64,000 nucleotides of DNA. It comes from an uncultured Desulfuromonadaceae bacterium (lineage in GTDB: Bacteria; SDB-A). The notes under the pieces were generated by a model, which was not told the origin of the DNA, ran no database searches, and worked only from the letters and a program-made list of their open reading frames with translations. Numbering within the stretch: the stretch's first letter is position 1; every line of letters starts with the position of its first letter. Positions 34,012-44,757 of this stretch are shown one piece after another. A program made the translations under genes and the position numbers. The stretch lies in assembly GCA_964397545.1 (NCBI GenBank), contig CAYNIW010000001.1, positions 24,714-88,713 on the forward strand, given 5' to 3'.

Positions 34012-34883
34012 CCAGAAATTTCACTGATAAAAAGAATTTATTTTCAAGAATAGCTGTCGCAGTCGTCTTTATCCCTCTGATTATATTTTTTATCGCAAGG
34101 GGCGGGTTTTATTTTTTCATTCCGCTCTTGATAACTGCTCTGATTTCCTCAGCGGAAGCATACAACATAGCGCAAAAAGCGCTCGGTATAGAAAAAGGGA
34201 AAGACAGTAAAATCAGATATGTCTTTGTGATATCCGGAATATGCATTCTTCTTGCCAACACTTATTTTACCGGAGTTCATCCGCTCCTGGTATCGGCATT
34301 TGTATTTTTCCTTTTTTTCGTGGAAGTGGTCACGGAGAAACCGGAGCATTTCGCAAGAAGAATTTCTTCAGTCATATACGCTATAGTCTATGTTTCGTGG
34401 GGCTTTTCAAGCCTTTCTCTGCTCAGAAAAGCAGGTGATAACAGCCCGGCAGGCGACAGCTTGGGGATTTATCTGGTATGCCTTGCCTTCACTATAGCCT
34501 GGTCTTCGGACACCTTCGGTTTTATTTTCGGTTATATTTTCGGAAAAAAGCCTTTGATTCCCTCTATCAGCCCCAAAAAAACAGTTGAAGGCAGTATAGG
34601 TGGACTGGCAGGAGCTTTGGCAGGCGCCGCTATTCTCAAACTGATACAGGTTAGGCTCTGCCCTTCTCTTTACTTTCCGTGGTCTTTTATTGTTATATGC
34701 GGTGTTTTGGGCGGAATAGCCTCTCAGCTCGGCGATCTTGTTGAATCGATGATGAAAAGAGACGCGAAGATAGACCAATCCTCTCTGATTCTTCCGGGAC
34801 ACGGAGGCTTGCTTGACAGGTTTGACAGCGTTTTCTTCGCCGCTTTTGTAGTCTATTTCATGCACAGTTTCCTGATGGTATAG
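34008..34883 (+). CDS. cdsA: Phosphatidate cytidylyltransferase
   Basis: Multi-TM protein with C-terminal CdsA signature (PKKTVEGSIGGLAG ... GHGGLLDRFDS). Confidence 0.85.
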   Translation: MTRNFTDKKNLFSRIAVAVVFIPLIIFFIARGGFYFFIPLLITALISSAEAYNIAQKALGIEKGKDSKIRYVFVISGICILLANTYFTGVHPLLVSAFVFFLFFVEVVTEKPEHFARRISSVIYAIVYVSWGFSSLSLLRKAGDNSPAGDSLGIYLVCLAFTIAWSSDTFGFIFGYIFGKKPLIPSISPKKTVEGSIGGLAGALAGAAILKLIQVRLCPSLYFPWSFIVICGVLGGIASQLGDLVESMMKRDAKIDQSSLILPGHGGLLDRFDSVFFAAFVVYFMHSFLMV

Positions 34884-34886
34884 AAG

Positions 34887-36026
34887 ATGAATTTGGTCAT
34901 TCTCGGAGCGACTGGGTCTATCGGGAGGTCAGCCCTCGAAGTTGTTGAAAAAAACAGGGACAAGTTCAGAATTACAGCCGTTTCGGCGAACAGAAACATT
35001 GATCTTCTCCTGGATATTGCAAAAAGATTCAATGTGCCGAAGGTGATAATAACTGATCCTAAATTCCCAGGATTTAGAAAAATTGAGAAAAACGAAAGAC
35101 CTCAGATTTTTGCCGGAATCGAAACAGCGGCGGAAATATGCGGCGGAAGCGATGTAGATATAGTCCTCAACGCGGTGGTCGGAAGCGCAGGTTATCTGCC
35201 CACGAAGAAAGCGCTTCTTTCAGGAAAAACCGTAGCTCTAGCTAACAAGGAAACTATGGTCGCTTACGGGGAAGTCATAAACCTGATACTCGCGGAGGGA
35301 AAAGGCAGAATAATTCCCGTAGACAGCGAACACAGCGCTGTTTTCCAGCTCCTGGAAAACAAGAAAAGAGAAGAACTGGAAAAAATAATTCTCACTGCCT
35401 CCGGCGGACCCCTTAGAAATCATAAAGATCCTGCCAACGCCACCGTGGAAGAAGTTTTAAGGCATCCTACATGGAACATGGGACCAAAAATCACTGTGGA
35501 TTCAGCCTCGCTCGCGAACAAGGGACTGGAGGTAATAGAAGCCGCGAGACTTTTCAACGTAGACTCCTCTAAAATTGATGTCGTCGTCCATCCTTCATCC
35601 GTCATACATTCTCTCGTGGAGCTCAAAGACGGCTCCATAGTCGCTCAACTTGCTCATCCCGACATGAAACTTCCGATACAATACGCCTTGAATTACCCTG
35701 AGAGGCAGAATAGACAGATAAAAAGGCTGTCTCTTTGGGATGTTTCGCCTCTTGAATTTTTCAAACCGGATAAAGAGAAATTTCCGCTTCTTTCACACGC
35801 TTATGAAGCTCTCGATACGGGAGGGACGATGCCTGCTGTCTTCAACGCCGTCAATGAAGAAGCTGTAAGTTTGTTTCTCGAAAAAAAAATTAAATTCGGA
35901 GACATAAACACTCTTGTCCGCAGGACAATGGATATCCACAAAGCAGACTCTGCGGAAGAAAAGGCGATCCTTGAGGCGGACAGATGGGCGAGAGAACAGG
36001 TTTTAATCTACTCGGAGAAGAAATGA
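34887..36026 (+). CDS. dxr: 1-deoxy-D-xylulose 5-phosphate reductoisomerase
   Basis: ILGATGSIGRSAL NADPH-binding N-terminus and Dxr motifs. Confidence 0.9.
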   Translation: MNLVILGATGSIGRSALEVVEKNRDKFRITAVSANRNIDLLLDIAKRFNVPKVIITDPKFPGFRKIEKNERPQIFAGIETAAEICGGSDVDIVLNAVVGSAGYLPTKKALLSGKTVALANKETMVAYGEVINLILAEGKGRIIPVDSEHSAVFQLLENKKREELEKIILTASGGPLRNHKDPANATVEEVLRHPTWNMGPKITVDSASLANKGLEVIEAARLFNVDSSKIDVVVHPSSVIHSLVELKDGSIVAQLAHPDMKLPIQYALNYPERQNRQIKRLSLWDVSPLEFFKPDKEKFPLLSHAYEALDTGGTMPAVFNAVNEEAVSLFLEKKIKFGDINTLVRRTMDIHKADSAEEKAILEADRWAREQVLIYSEKK

Positions 36027-37429
36027 ATTTTATTTCCACAGCCGTTCTTCTTGGAGTGCTGATATCATTTCATGAATTCGGCCATTTTATTTTCGCGAGA
36101 CTTTTCAAAGTTTCAGTTCCGAAATTTTCTCTCGGTTTCGGTCCAAAATTAATCGGTTTCAATCTCGGAGGGACTTTTTTTCAAATTTCCGCTTTTCCTC
36201 TCGGAGGATACGTCAAAATGAAAGGAGAAGCAGAAAACCAGGAATCAAAGGAAAGTTTGGACAAAGACGATTTCAGAGCAAAAAATTTTGTTCAGAAAAC
36301 GCTTATAGTCTTCGCGGGGCCGCTTTTCAACATATTTTTGGCTCAGCTCCTGATTTTCACGGCAAACCTAATGATGAGCGGCTTTTATATTCCCACGACG
36401 AAACTGGGCAGGATTTTTGAAACTTCTTCTTCCTGGGAAGCCGGTTTGAGATCCGGAGATTCGATCTTGGCTGTAAAAGGCCATAATGTTTCGAGCTGGG
36501 GAGACGTGGAGGAAGTCATGGCCGGTTCGGTTGGAGACCCTGTTGAAGTATCTGCTCTGCGTAATACAGACGGTGCTGATTCGCTGTTTATTCTTTCTGT
36601 TGAGCCGGATACTCAGGATGCCTTGATGAGGGGGCTCAATCCTCTTCTTCCCGCATTGATAGGAGAAATATCCGGGAAACCGGCAGAAGAAGCGGGATTT
36701 CAATCCGGCGATTCTGTTGTTTTCATTGTCCCCGTTGGCGGTATAGACGAGGAAGAGATGAAGTCTCTCTCATCAAAGGGTTTTGACATGTCTTATTTTG
36801 ACACAGCTACCTTCGAGGTTTTTACAAACAAAGAAAATGAGAATTTGTTATCCGGATACGAAGTAAAATATTGGCAGGACCTGTCGATTCTCATAAATTC
36901 TCTGAAAAGCGAGGATTATTTTGTAGGAATCAAAAGAGGGAACCGGCAGATTTTATCTAATATCAAACCGGTCGAAACGGGCGGAAGGAAAATAATCGGA
37001 ATAAGCATAGACTTGCCAACAAAAAGACTCGGCGCTGTCCGGGCTTTTTCAATGTCCCTGGAACAAATGAAGATGACGTTGGTAATCCTGACAAAAATTC
37101 CAAGGATGATAGCCGAAAAAAAAATAACAGTCAGAGAAACCTTCGGCGGACCTGTAAGGGTTTTTCAGGAAACTTCCAGAGCCGCAAAGATGGGATTCGA
37201 CACTTTTTTGTTTCTGGCGGGATTTATATCTCTTAATCTGGCAATATTCAATCTTTTACCTATACTTCCTCTCGACGGAGGGCATATATTCATCTATCTG
37301 ATAGAAACCCTGACGAGAAAGAAAATTCCGACTAAAGTTTTAAGAGGACTTCAGGCGGCAGGTTTTTCACTTCTTTTGTTTTTCGCGATTCTAGTCACGG
37401 CAAACGACCTTTTGAATATTTTTCTGTGA
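36023..37429 (+). CDS. rseP: RIP metalloprotease RseP (site-2 protease) with PDZ domain
   Basis: HEFGHFIFAR zinc motif in TM1; PDZ domain; start at ATG 36023 overlapping the dxr stop. Confidence 0.85.
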   Translation: MNFISTAVLLGVLISFHEFGHFIFARLFKVSVPKFSLGFGPKLIGFNLGGTFFQISAFPLGGYVKMKGEAENQESKESLDKDDFRAKNFVQKTLIVFAGPLFNIFLAQLLIFTANLMMSGFYIPTTKLGRIFETSSSWEAGLRSGDSILAVKGHNVSSWGDVEEVMAGSVGDPVEVSALRNTDGADSLFILSVEPDTQDALMRGLNPLLPALIGEISGKPAEEAGFQSGDSVVFIVPVGGIDEEEMKSLSSKGFDMSYFDTATFEVFTNKENENLLSGYEVKYWQDLSILINSLKSEDYFVGIKRGNRQILSNIKPVETGGRKIIGISIDLPTKRLGAVRAFSMSLEQMKMTLVILTKIPRMIAEKKITVRETFGGPVRVFQETSRAAKMGFDTFLFLAGFISLNLAIFNLLPILPLDGGHIFIYLIETLTRKKIPTKVLRGLQAAGFSLLLFFAILVTANDLLNIFL

Positions 37430-38685
37430 AAAAAGCTTCAATTATTCTTGTAGGGGACGAACTTCTCGACGGCAGCAGGATAGACGAAAACGGACCGTTT
37501 ATTGAAACTCGGTTGACTGACGCGGGTTTCAAAGTTATTTCCCTGACGGTTGTTCCCGATGATAATAACAAAATAGTGCATTCTTTCGAAAGATGCTCCA
37601 AAGAGTCGGATATGACGTTAGTCGCTGGAGGGCTTGGACCGACCAGCGATGACCTGACAAGAAAAGCGGCTTCAGAATTTTTCGGGAAAAAACTCGTAAA
37701 ATATGACAAAGCGCAAGCTCATATCGAAAGTATTTTCAAAAAAAGAAATGTCATTATGGCACCGGAGAATGATATTCAATCCATGATTCCGGAAGAATCC
37801 CGGTTATGGATAAATCCATCCGGAACTGCATGCCCTTTTGAGTGCGTCAAGAATGGAAGACGATTTGTTTTTCTTCCCGGAGTCCATTCGGAAGTCAGAG
37901 AGATTTTTAATTTTTGCCTCAACGAGTATTTAACCGAAGTATCGAAAAAAGCAAAAAAGAAGCGTTATCTCGTAAGAACTTTCGGTATTTCAGAGTCGGC
38001 GGCTTACGGCATTTTATCGAAAAATAGAAATCTTTTCGAAAAAGCAAAAATTTCTTTTCTGCCTCAGAGTCCCGGGGTGGACATCAAGATTGAGGAAAAA
38101 GAGGATTATATTAACCCTGCCGAAATTCGCGACGAGATCATCGAATCCTTGAAAGACTGGGTCTGGTGCGCCGGAGACAAGACAATCCAGGAAGTAATCG
38201 CGTCGTTTCTTAATGGACTGAATATGACAATTTCTGTGGCAGAGAGCTGCACGGGGGGGTATATTTCTAATATGCTCACGGATGTTCCCGGTTCTTCGGA
38301 TTACTTTAAGTTTTCCGCAGTGACATACAGCGATGATTCCAAAATTAAAATTCTCGGTATAGAAAAAGAGACACTGGCTTTGAAAGGAAGCGTCAGCAGA
38401 GAAACGGCTGTTTCTATGGCTTATAGAATCAGAAAGATTGCCGGAACCGACCTTGGCCTTTCTTCAACCGGTATAGCAGGACCGGGCGGCGGGTCAACTG
38501 AGAAACCTGTGGGTCTTCTTTTTACTGGAATAAGCTCGAAGAAAAAACTTGGGGCTGAAAAATTTTTGGGATTTGCGGACAGATCAAAAAATAAAAGATG
38601 GTTTTCATTTTTTGCTTTGGATTTTCTAAGGAGGCATCTTATCGGAGAATTCGGCCTTAAAATGGAAGATTGTATCTTTGACTAA
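37426..38685 (+). CDS. cinA: CinA family competence/damage-inducible protein (NMN deamidase-type)
   Basis: N-terminal MoCF-biosynthesis-like domain (IILVGDELLDG) and C-terminal CinA domain. Confidence 0.8.
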   Translation: MKKASIILVGDELLDGSRIDENGPFIETRLTDAGFKVISLTVVPDDNNKIVHSFERCSKESDMTLVAGGLGPTSDDLTRKAASEFFGKKLVKYDKAQAHIESIFKKRNVIMAPENDIQSMIPEESRLWINPSGTACPFECVKNGRRFVFLPGVHSEVREIFNFCLNEYLTEVSKKAKKKRYLVRTFGISESAAYGILSKNRNLFEKAKISFLPQSPGVDIKIEEKEDYINPAEIRDEIIESLKDWVWCAGDKTIQEVIASFLNGLNMTISVAESCTGGYISNMLTDVPGSSDYFKFSAVTYSDDSKIKILGIEKETLALKGSVSRETAVSMAYRIRKIAGTDLGLSSTGIAGPGGGSTEKPVGLLFTGISSKKKLGAEKFLGFADRSKNKRWFSFFALDFLRRHLIGEFGLKMEDCIFD

Positions 38686-39745
38686 GAAAAATCTGGTAAT
38701 TCTTTTCGGCGGAAAGTCCACGGAACACGAGATTTCGGTCTTATCTGCGGAATTTGTCTATAAGTCAGCTGACAAATCGGCTTTCAATACTATGCTTGTC
38801 CAAATAGACAAACACGGAAAATGGAATCTCGGGTCTGAGAATGTTTTCAAAGGTTCTAAAAAAAGCCTTATGGAAAAAGTATTCCCTGTGCCTCTGGGAA
38901 AAGGAACTTATCTTGTTTCTACTGAAAACACTTCAAAAAGAATAAGAGCGGATGTTTTTTTTCCCGTGCTCCACGGACCTCTCGGCGAAGACGGGACGGT
39001 TCAAGGGCTTTTTAAGATGCTCGATGTCCCTTTCGTAGGGTCGGGAGTCCTGGGATCAGCCGTTTCAATGGACAAAGAAGCGTCAAAAAAACTTCTTTTT
39101 CAGAGCGGACTGCCTGTATGCAGATACATTTCATGCGGCAGAAATGAAAAAATTTCTTTCAAGAGGGCGGTGAAAGAACTCGGACTGCCCATGTTCGTAA
39201 AACCTTCTTCCGCCGGTTCTTCAGTCGGTGTCGGAAAAGTTAAAAACGAAAAAGATTATTATAAAATGAAAGAAGAAGCTCATAAATATTGCGATAAGAT
39301 AATTTTTGAGGAATTCGTCGAAGGCAGGGAAATAGAATGCGCGGTTCTCGGCAATGAAAAACCTGTAGCTTCTGTCCCGGGAGAGATTGTCCTCAGTTCC
39401 GAATTCTATTCATACGAAGCCAAATACATACTTAAAGACGCAGCCCAAATTGTGTTTCCGGCGGACCTGCCGAAGCCTGTCTGTAATAAAATCCGTTCTC
39501 TTGCCGTTGAAGCATTTAAAACGCTTTACTGCGAAGGAATGGCGAGGGTGGACTTTTTTGTCGGAAAAAAAGGAATATACGTAAACGAACTTAACACAAT
39601 TCCCGGTTTTACTTCCATAAGCATGTATCCGAAGTTATGGGAGGCGAGCGGAATAGGTTCAGGGGAATTAATCGGCAGGCTTGTCGAACTCGCATTTGAA
39701 AGGCATCAAAATGAAAAGGCGTTGCTCAGGGCGTATATGAGATGA
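38678..39745 (+). CDS. ddl: D-alanine--D-alanine ligase
   Basis: ATP-grasp fold with Ddl-typical N-terminus (LVILFGGKSTEHEISV). Confidence 0.85.
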   Translation: MTKKNLVILFGGKSTEHEISVLSAEFVYKSADKSAFNTMLVQIDKHGKWNLGSENVFKGSKKSLMEKVFPVPLGKGTYLVSTENTSKRIRADVFFPVLHGPLGEDGTVQGLFKMLDVPFVGSGVLGSAVSMDKEASKKLLFQSGLPVCRYISCGRNEKISFKRAVKELGLPMFVKPSSAGSSVGVGKVKNEKDYYKMKEEAHKYCDKIIFEEFVEGREIECAVLGNEKPVASVPGEIVLSSEFYSYEAKYILKDAAQIVFPADLPKPVCNKIRSLAVEAFKTLYCEGMARVDFFVGKKGIYVNELNTIPGFTSISMYPKLWEASGIGSGELIGRLVELAFERHQNEKALLRAYMR

Positions 39746-40725
39746 AAAAAAATAAAATTATATTGACCGGCGGCGCAGGTTTTATAGGCAGCTGTGTCCT
39801 CTCTCTGCTGAACGGAAAAGGAATACAAGACATTCTCGTCGTCGACAATCTCGGAAAAGAAGAAAAATGGCGAAATCTGACGGGTAAACGTTTTGAAGAC
39901 TATATGAATAAAGACCATTTCATTAAATCTCTCGAAAATGGTTTTTTTGACGGACTCGTCGATTCTGTCATTCACATGGGGGCTTGTTCTTCGACGACGG
40001 AGACTGACGGCGAATACATTATGCGCAATAATTATTCTTATTCAAAAATACTCGCGTCCTGGTGCGTTGAAAACGGTGTAAGATTCATATACGCAAGCAG
40101 TGGAGCGACATACGGAGACGGGTCTAAAGGATTCTGCGACGAAGATTCTGCCACGTTGGTGCTTAAACCCTCCAACTTATACGGATTTTCAAAAGCAACT
40201 TTCGACAATTGGGCAATTCTTTCCGGCGCAGTGAGCAAAATTGCGGGACTTAAATTTTTCAACGTATTTGGGCCCAATGAATACCACAAAGGCGAAATGT
40301 CGAGCGTCGCGTTCAAAGCTTATCTCAGTATAAAGGAGAAAGGCTATGTCGAGCTTTTCGAGACCTGCGACGAAAAATACGAAAACGGCATGCAGATGAG
40401 AGATTTTGTTTACGTCAAAAACTGCCTGAAAATAATATGGTGGCTGCTTCAAAACAGAAACGTGTGCGGCATCTACAACGCGGGAACCGGAAAACCGAGG
40501 ACATGGATAGATCTGGCGAAGTCTGTTTTTTCAGCGATGGGCATAAAAGAGGACATAAGGTTCCGCAAAATGCCGAGTGAACTATTCGGCAAATACCAGA
40601 ACTACACATGCGCGGACATAAAAAAATTAAAAAGCGCCGGATACAATGGAAAATTTTCTGAACTTGAAGAAAGTGTAAAAGACTATGTCCGGAACTACCT
40701 CGAAAAAGATTTTGCCGTCTTCTGA
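39742..40725 (+). CDS. hldD: ADP-L-glycero-D-manno-heptose 6-epimerase
   Basis: IILTGGAGFIGS ... ILVVDNL closely parallels the HldD/RfaD N-terminus; 327 aa. Confidence 0.85.
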   Translation: MKKNKIILTGGAGFIGSCVLSLLNGKGIQDILVVDNLGKEEKWRNLTGKRFEDYMNKDHFIKSLENGFFDGLVDSVIHMGACSSTTETDGEYIMRNNYSYSKILASWCVENGVRFIYASSGATYGDGSKGFCDEDSATLVLKPSNLYGFSKATFDNWAILSGAVSKIAGLKFFNVFGPNEYHKGEMSSVAFKAYLSIKEKGYVELFETCDEKYENGMQMRDFVYVKNCLKIIWWLLQNRNVCGIYNAGTGKPRTWIDLAKSVFSAMGIKEDIRFRKMPSELFGKYQNYTCADIKKLKSAGYNGKFSELEESVKDYVRNYLEKDFAVF

Positions 40726-40729
40726 TAAA

Positions 40730-41476
40730 ATGCCTGAAAAACGCAGTTTTCCTAAAGTTTTAGTAAAAATATTCGACGATGTTTCAAACGCCTTTTCTTT
40801 GGCTTCGGAAAGAGGATGGACTGTTTCGAAAAGCGGAAATTATTCCATAGATGTAACCGGGAAAGACGGTATCGTTGATTTTTTCAAATCGAAAGACAGC
40901 CAATTTACCGGAGTTTTTCCGCAAATCAGCGCTGGTGATTCTTTATTTCTCTTAAGCTGTGCGGGGGCGGACTTAAAAAAAGCCGCTTTAGACCCCGTTT
41001 TATATTCCCTTCTCGTTTTTACGGGCAAAGACGGGACAGTCCGTTTTCAAAATCTGTCGGATACAGTAAATGAAACTCCTACCTCCGAACTCTTCTGCCA
41101 TCTTCTCGTCCAGGGAGTATTAAAAGAAAAAAAGCCGGAACACAAAGCAGTCCTCCATCTTCACGCCCCCGAGACGGCGGCTTTCTCCTCTTTGTATTTT
41201 CTTGACAAATCTTTTAGAAAAAAAACAGAAATGATTTTGGACAAAATTTCAAAAGTTCACTCCGCAATGGGAACAACAAGGGGCTCCTCGTTTCTGGATT
41301 TCATTGAGGCAGGATCCGAGAAACTCGCCTTTGAGACAGCCGGAATTTTCAGTGAAAATTTTTTTGTATCCTGGGCGGGGCACGGAGCTCTCTGTTCGGG
41401 AAAAGACTTGACCCATGCCTTTGAAAGAATCCAGTTTATGAACTGGGTTTTTGAGGTAATTCTCAAAACAACTTAA
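40730..41476 (+). CDS. Class II aldolase/adducin-like domain protein (tentative)
   Basis: HxH motif (AVLHLHAPETAAFSS) and downstream GHGALCSG resemble class II aldolase zinc-site elements; N-terminal 100 aa unassigned; start at internal ATG 40730. Confidence 0.4.
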   Translation: MPEKRSFPKVLVKIFDDVSNAFSLASERGWTVSKSGNYSIDVTGKDGIVDFFKSKDSQFTGVFPQISAGDSLFLLSCAGADLKKAALDPVLYSLLVFTGKDGTVRFQNLSDTVNETPTSELFCHLLVQGVLKEKKPEHKAVLHLHAPETAAFSSLYFLDKSFRKKTEMILDKISKVHSAMGTTRGSSFLDFIEAGSEKLAFETAGIFSENFFVSWAGHGALCSGKDLTHAFERIQFMNWVFEVILKTT

Positions 41477-41488
41477 AAAGAGGAACGC

Positions 41489-42883
41489 ATGGATATATTT
41501 TTCACAAACACTCTCTCCGGCAAAAAAGAAGTTTTTAAACCCCTTGAAAAAGGAAAAGCCGGGATATACACGTGCGGTTTGACCGTTTATAACTACGCGC
41601 ACATAGGAAATCTTCGTGCTTACGTGTTTTCTGACATCCTCAGAAGAACTCTCGAGTTCAACGGATACGAAGTCAAACATGTCATGAATATAACGGATGT
41701 GGGGCATCTGACTGACGACGCGGACGAAGGAGAAGATAAACTCGAAAAAGGCGCGAAGAGGGAGAAAAAAACTCCGCTGGAAATCGCAAGGTTCTACGAG
41801 GAAAAGTTTGTAAAAGACCTTAAAATGATGAATATTCTCATGCCGCAGACCATGCCGAGAGCTACGGAACATGTAGAGGAGATGATAGAACTCGTTAAAA
41901 AGCTTCAAGACAATGGGTTTACATATATAGCCGGCGGCAATGTATATTTCGACACTTCAAAATTCGATGGATACAGAAATTTGGCCAAGCTCGAAAAAGA
42001 CCCTGAAAAACAGATATCGAGAGTTGAGAAGGATGCTTTTAAAAAACATCCCTTTGACTTTGTCCTTTGGTTCACGAGATACAAATACGAAAAACACTCT
42101 ATGCTGTGGGATTCTCCATGGGGAAGAGGTTTTCCCGGTTGGCATATAGAATGCTCGGCGATGGCTTCAGAATACCTCGGAGAGTATATAGATATTCACA
42201 CAGGAGGCATAGACCATATCCCAGTCCACCATACGAATGAAATCGCGCAGAGCGAATGCGCCTTCGGGCACAGATGGGTCAACTACTGGATGCATTCAGA
42301 CTGGCTCGTGGTCGGAGAAGGCGAAAAGATGGCAAAGTCAAAAGAGAATTTTTTAAGGCTTAAAACCCTAACAGACGCCGGCTACGACGCTCTCGACTAC
42401 AGATATTTTCTCTTGAGCGCTCATTACAGAAAACAAATCGAATTCACTTATGAAGCTCTCGACGGGGCGAGAAACGCTCTAAAAAAAATAAGAAACAGAA
42501 CGGAAGAACTCGCTAAATCTGCCGGAGACGGCTATCCCGAGGATACCGATACCGGGTATTTAGTCCAATTTACCCGTGAAATTAACGATGATTTGAACAC
42601 CCCCAGAGCTCTCGCGGTCATGTGGGAGGCTTTATCTGACAACATTCTGAGAGAGCCTGAAAAATTATCACTCTTAAAGAGATTCGACGAGGTCTTAGGG
42701 CTCGATTTCTTTGCATCCGTGGATGTTGAAATACCAGGTGAGATAAAAGATATGCTCCTTGAAAGAGAAAAAGCCCGAAACAGCAGGGATTTTGTCACAG
42801 CAGACAAGCTGAGAAAAGAGATTGAAGACAGAGGATACGAAGTTCTCGACGGAAAAGACGGCACTAAAGTCAGAAAATCATAG
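41489..42883 (+). CDS. cysS: Cysteine--tRNA ligase
   Basis: HIGN (HIGH-type) and KMAKS (KMSKS-type) class I motifs; zinc-site cysteines. Confidence 0.9.
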   Translation: MDIFFTNTLSGKKEVFKPLEKGKAGIYTCGLTVYNYAHIGNLRAYVFSDILRRTLEFNGYEVKHVMNITDVGHLTDDADEGEDKLEKGAKREKKTPLEIARFYEEKFVKDLKMMNILMPQTMPRATEHVEEMIELVKKLQDNGFTYIAGGNVYFDTSKFDGYRNLAKLEKDPEKQISRVEKDAFKKHPFDFVLWFTRYKYEKHSMLWDSPWGRGFPGWHIECSAMASEYLGEYIDIHTGGIDHIPVHHTNEIAQSECAFGHRWVNYWMHSDWLVVGEGEKMAKSKENFLRLKTLTDAGYDALDYRYFLLSAHYRKQIEFTYEALDGARNALKKIRNRTEELAKSAGDGYPEDTDTGYLVQFTREINDDLNTPRALAVMWEALSDNILREPEKLSLLKRFDEVLGLDFFASVDVEIPGEIKDMLLEREKARNSRDFVTADKLRKEIEDRGYEVLDGKDGTKVRKS

Positions 42884-42935
42884 AGCAGGAATAAAACATT
42901 CTTTTCTGCAGTAAGAGATATAAAAGGAGGCGGAA

Positions 42936-44672
42936 ATGAAAGGAAGAACTTGGACGGCTTTAATGCTCGCGGTCTCTCTGGTGTCGTTTTTCTGCACGCC
43001 GAAAGAGATAATCAAAGAAAAAGTAGACGACTGGCAGTATTCCATAGACAGTTTTGAGGACGAGGAATACCTGAAAAGGTCATTCGGCGGAAGTCAAATG
43101 TCGTCGCCTGTGATGACAGGAGGAAGGTCTCAGATTTCTTATGAAAACTTCGCCCCCGATGACGAACTGGGATTTTCCGTCGGCGGTGCCAAAGACATCA
43201 ACAATTTCAGGGAAAATATAGAAAACGGATATCTGCCTCTGCCGACAGACATAACTGTAGAAGGCATATATTACGATTATTTTTTCGAGACTGGAATGAC
43301 AAAACCATGTGAAAAACTTTTCTGCCCCTCATACAGCAGAGCCGTGTCTTATGACCCTTTCACGGGGGAACCTGTTTACTATCTCTCGGTCGGTCTCAAT
43401 TCAGGTTTGAAAGAGAGCGATTTTTCGAGAAAGAAGCTGAACATCGTAGTCGTTCTCGATATTTCAGGATCCATGGATTCACCTTTCAACAGGTATTATT
43501 ACGACAGGTTCGGCAACACGCAGGAGGTTGAAGATGAAGAGGATTTCGACAAGTCCAAGATGGAGATAGCCAATTTGGCGGTGGTAGATCTCATGGAACA
43601 TCTGGGGCCGGAAGACAGACTCGGCGTAGTTCTCTTTGACGACATGGGATATCTCGCAAAACCTTTGAGAAGAGTAGATGAGACCGACATGGAGAGCATA
43701 AAGGGGCACATCCTTGAAGTAACAGCTCGCGGCGGAACGAACATGGAAGCAGGAATGATGATAGCGACGGCTCTTTTCGACAGTCTGGAAAACCTCGACA
43801 TGTCCGAATACGAAAACAGAGTTATTTTCCTTACAGACGCGATGCCCAATACAGGCTCGACTGACGAGAACAGCCTTTTCGGAATGTTTAGTAAGAATTC
43901 GGAAAGAGGAGTATTCACTACTTTCATAGGTGTTGGTGTAGATCTGAACACGGAACTCGTCGAAATACTGACAAAGATAAAGGGGGCGAATTACTTCAGC
44001 GTCCATTCACCTTCCGCTTTCAGAGAGCAGATGGACGAAAATTTCGATTTCATGGTGACCCCGCTCGTATTTGACCTTGAGCTCGTTTTAGAGGCGGAAG
44101 GATTCGAGATAGAAAAAGTTTACGGCTCCCCGGAAGCTGACCTCGCCACGGGAGAGATAATGAAAGTCAACACGCTTTTTCCTTCAAAGAGGACTGAAGG
44201 TGAGACAAGAGGCGGCCTCGTCCTTCTCAGGCTGAAAAAGACTTCCGAAGACGGAGAAATCTCCTTGAGTGTTTCATACGAAGACAGAAACGGAATAAAA
44301 GACGGAGAGACCCAGTCCATTGAATTCAGCTCTTCTGAAGAGGAATACTATGAAAACTCCGGCATAAGAAAAGGAATCCTTCTGGCAAGATTTGTCGAAC
44401 TGTCAAAGAGCTGGCTGGCAGATGAAAGGGCGCAGGGCTTATATCTCGAAGACGCGCCTCTCGTGTCGAGAGGTTCCGGCATAACAGTTTTCGACGAGAG
44501 AAAACTCGAACTCGGAAGATGGGAGAGACAGTCCATGTCCCTCAGCGTGTCTTCCCACTATACAGAATTATTTGAGGATTTCGGGGATTATTTTGAAAGA
44601 GAAGCTATGGCTATAGGCGACACGGCGCTTTCAAGAGAGCTCGATATAATCAGAAAACTTTCAAGCATGTAA
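42936..44672 (+). CDS. von Willebrand factor A domain lipoprotein
   Basis: Lipoprotein-like signal peptide with Cys; MIDAS motif LDISGSMDS; 578 aa. Confidence 0.7.
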   Translation: MKGRTWTALMLAVSLVSFFCTPKEIIKEKVDDWQYSIDSFEDEEYLKRSFGGSQMSSPVMTGGRSQISYENFAPDDELGFSVGGAKDINNFRENIENGYLPLPTDITVEGIYYDYFFETGMTKPCEKLFCPSYSRAVSYDPFTGEPVYYLSVGLNSGLKESDFSRKKLNIVVVLDISGSMDSPFNRYYYDRFGNTQEVEDEEDFDKSKMEIANLAVVDLMEHLGPEDRLGVVLFDDMGYLAKPLRRVDETDMESIKGHILEVTARGGTNMEAGMMIATALFDSLENLDMSEYENRVIFLTDAMPNTGSTDENSLFGMFSKNSERGVFTTFIGVGVDLNTELVEILTKIKGANYFSVHSPSAFREQMDENFDFMVTPLVFDLELVLEAEGFEIEKVYGSPEADLATGEIMKVNTLFPSKRTEGETRGGLVLLRLKKTSEDGEISLSVSYEDRNGIKDGETQSIEFSSSEEEYYENSGIRKGILLARFVELSKSWLADERAQGLYLEDAPLVSRGSGITVFDERKLELGRWERQSMSLSVSSHYTELFEDFGDYFEREAMAIGDTALSRELDIIRKLSSM

Positions 44673-44680
44673 AATTTTAA

Positions 44681-44705
44681 AAAGGCGCGGGTCTTCCGCG
44701 CCTTT
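44681..44705 (+). terminator. GC-rich hairpin after the VWA gene (candidate terminator)
   Basis: Stem aaaggcgcgg/ccgcgccttt with 5-nt loop just after the stop at 44672; weak T-tract. Confidence 0.45.
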
Positions 44706-44757
44706 AACAATCCAGCATAACAGGATACAAGAATCAATGATGCATTTGATAACAGAT

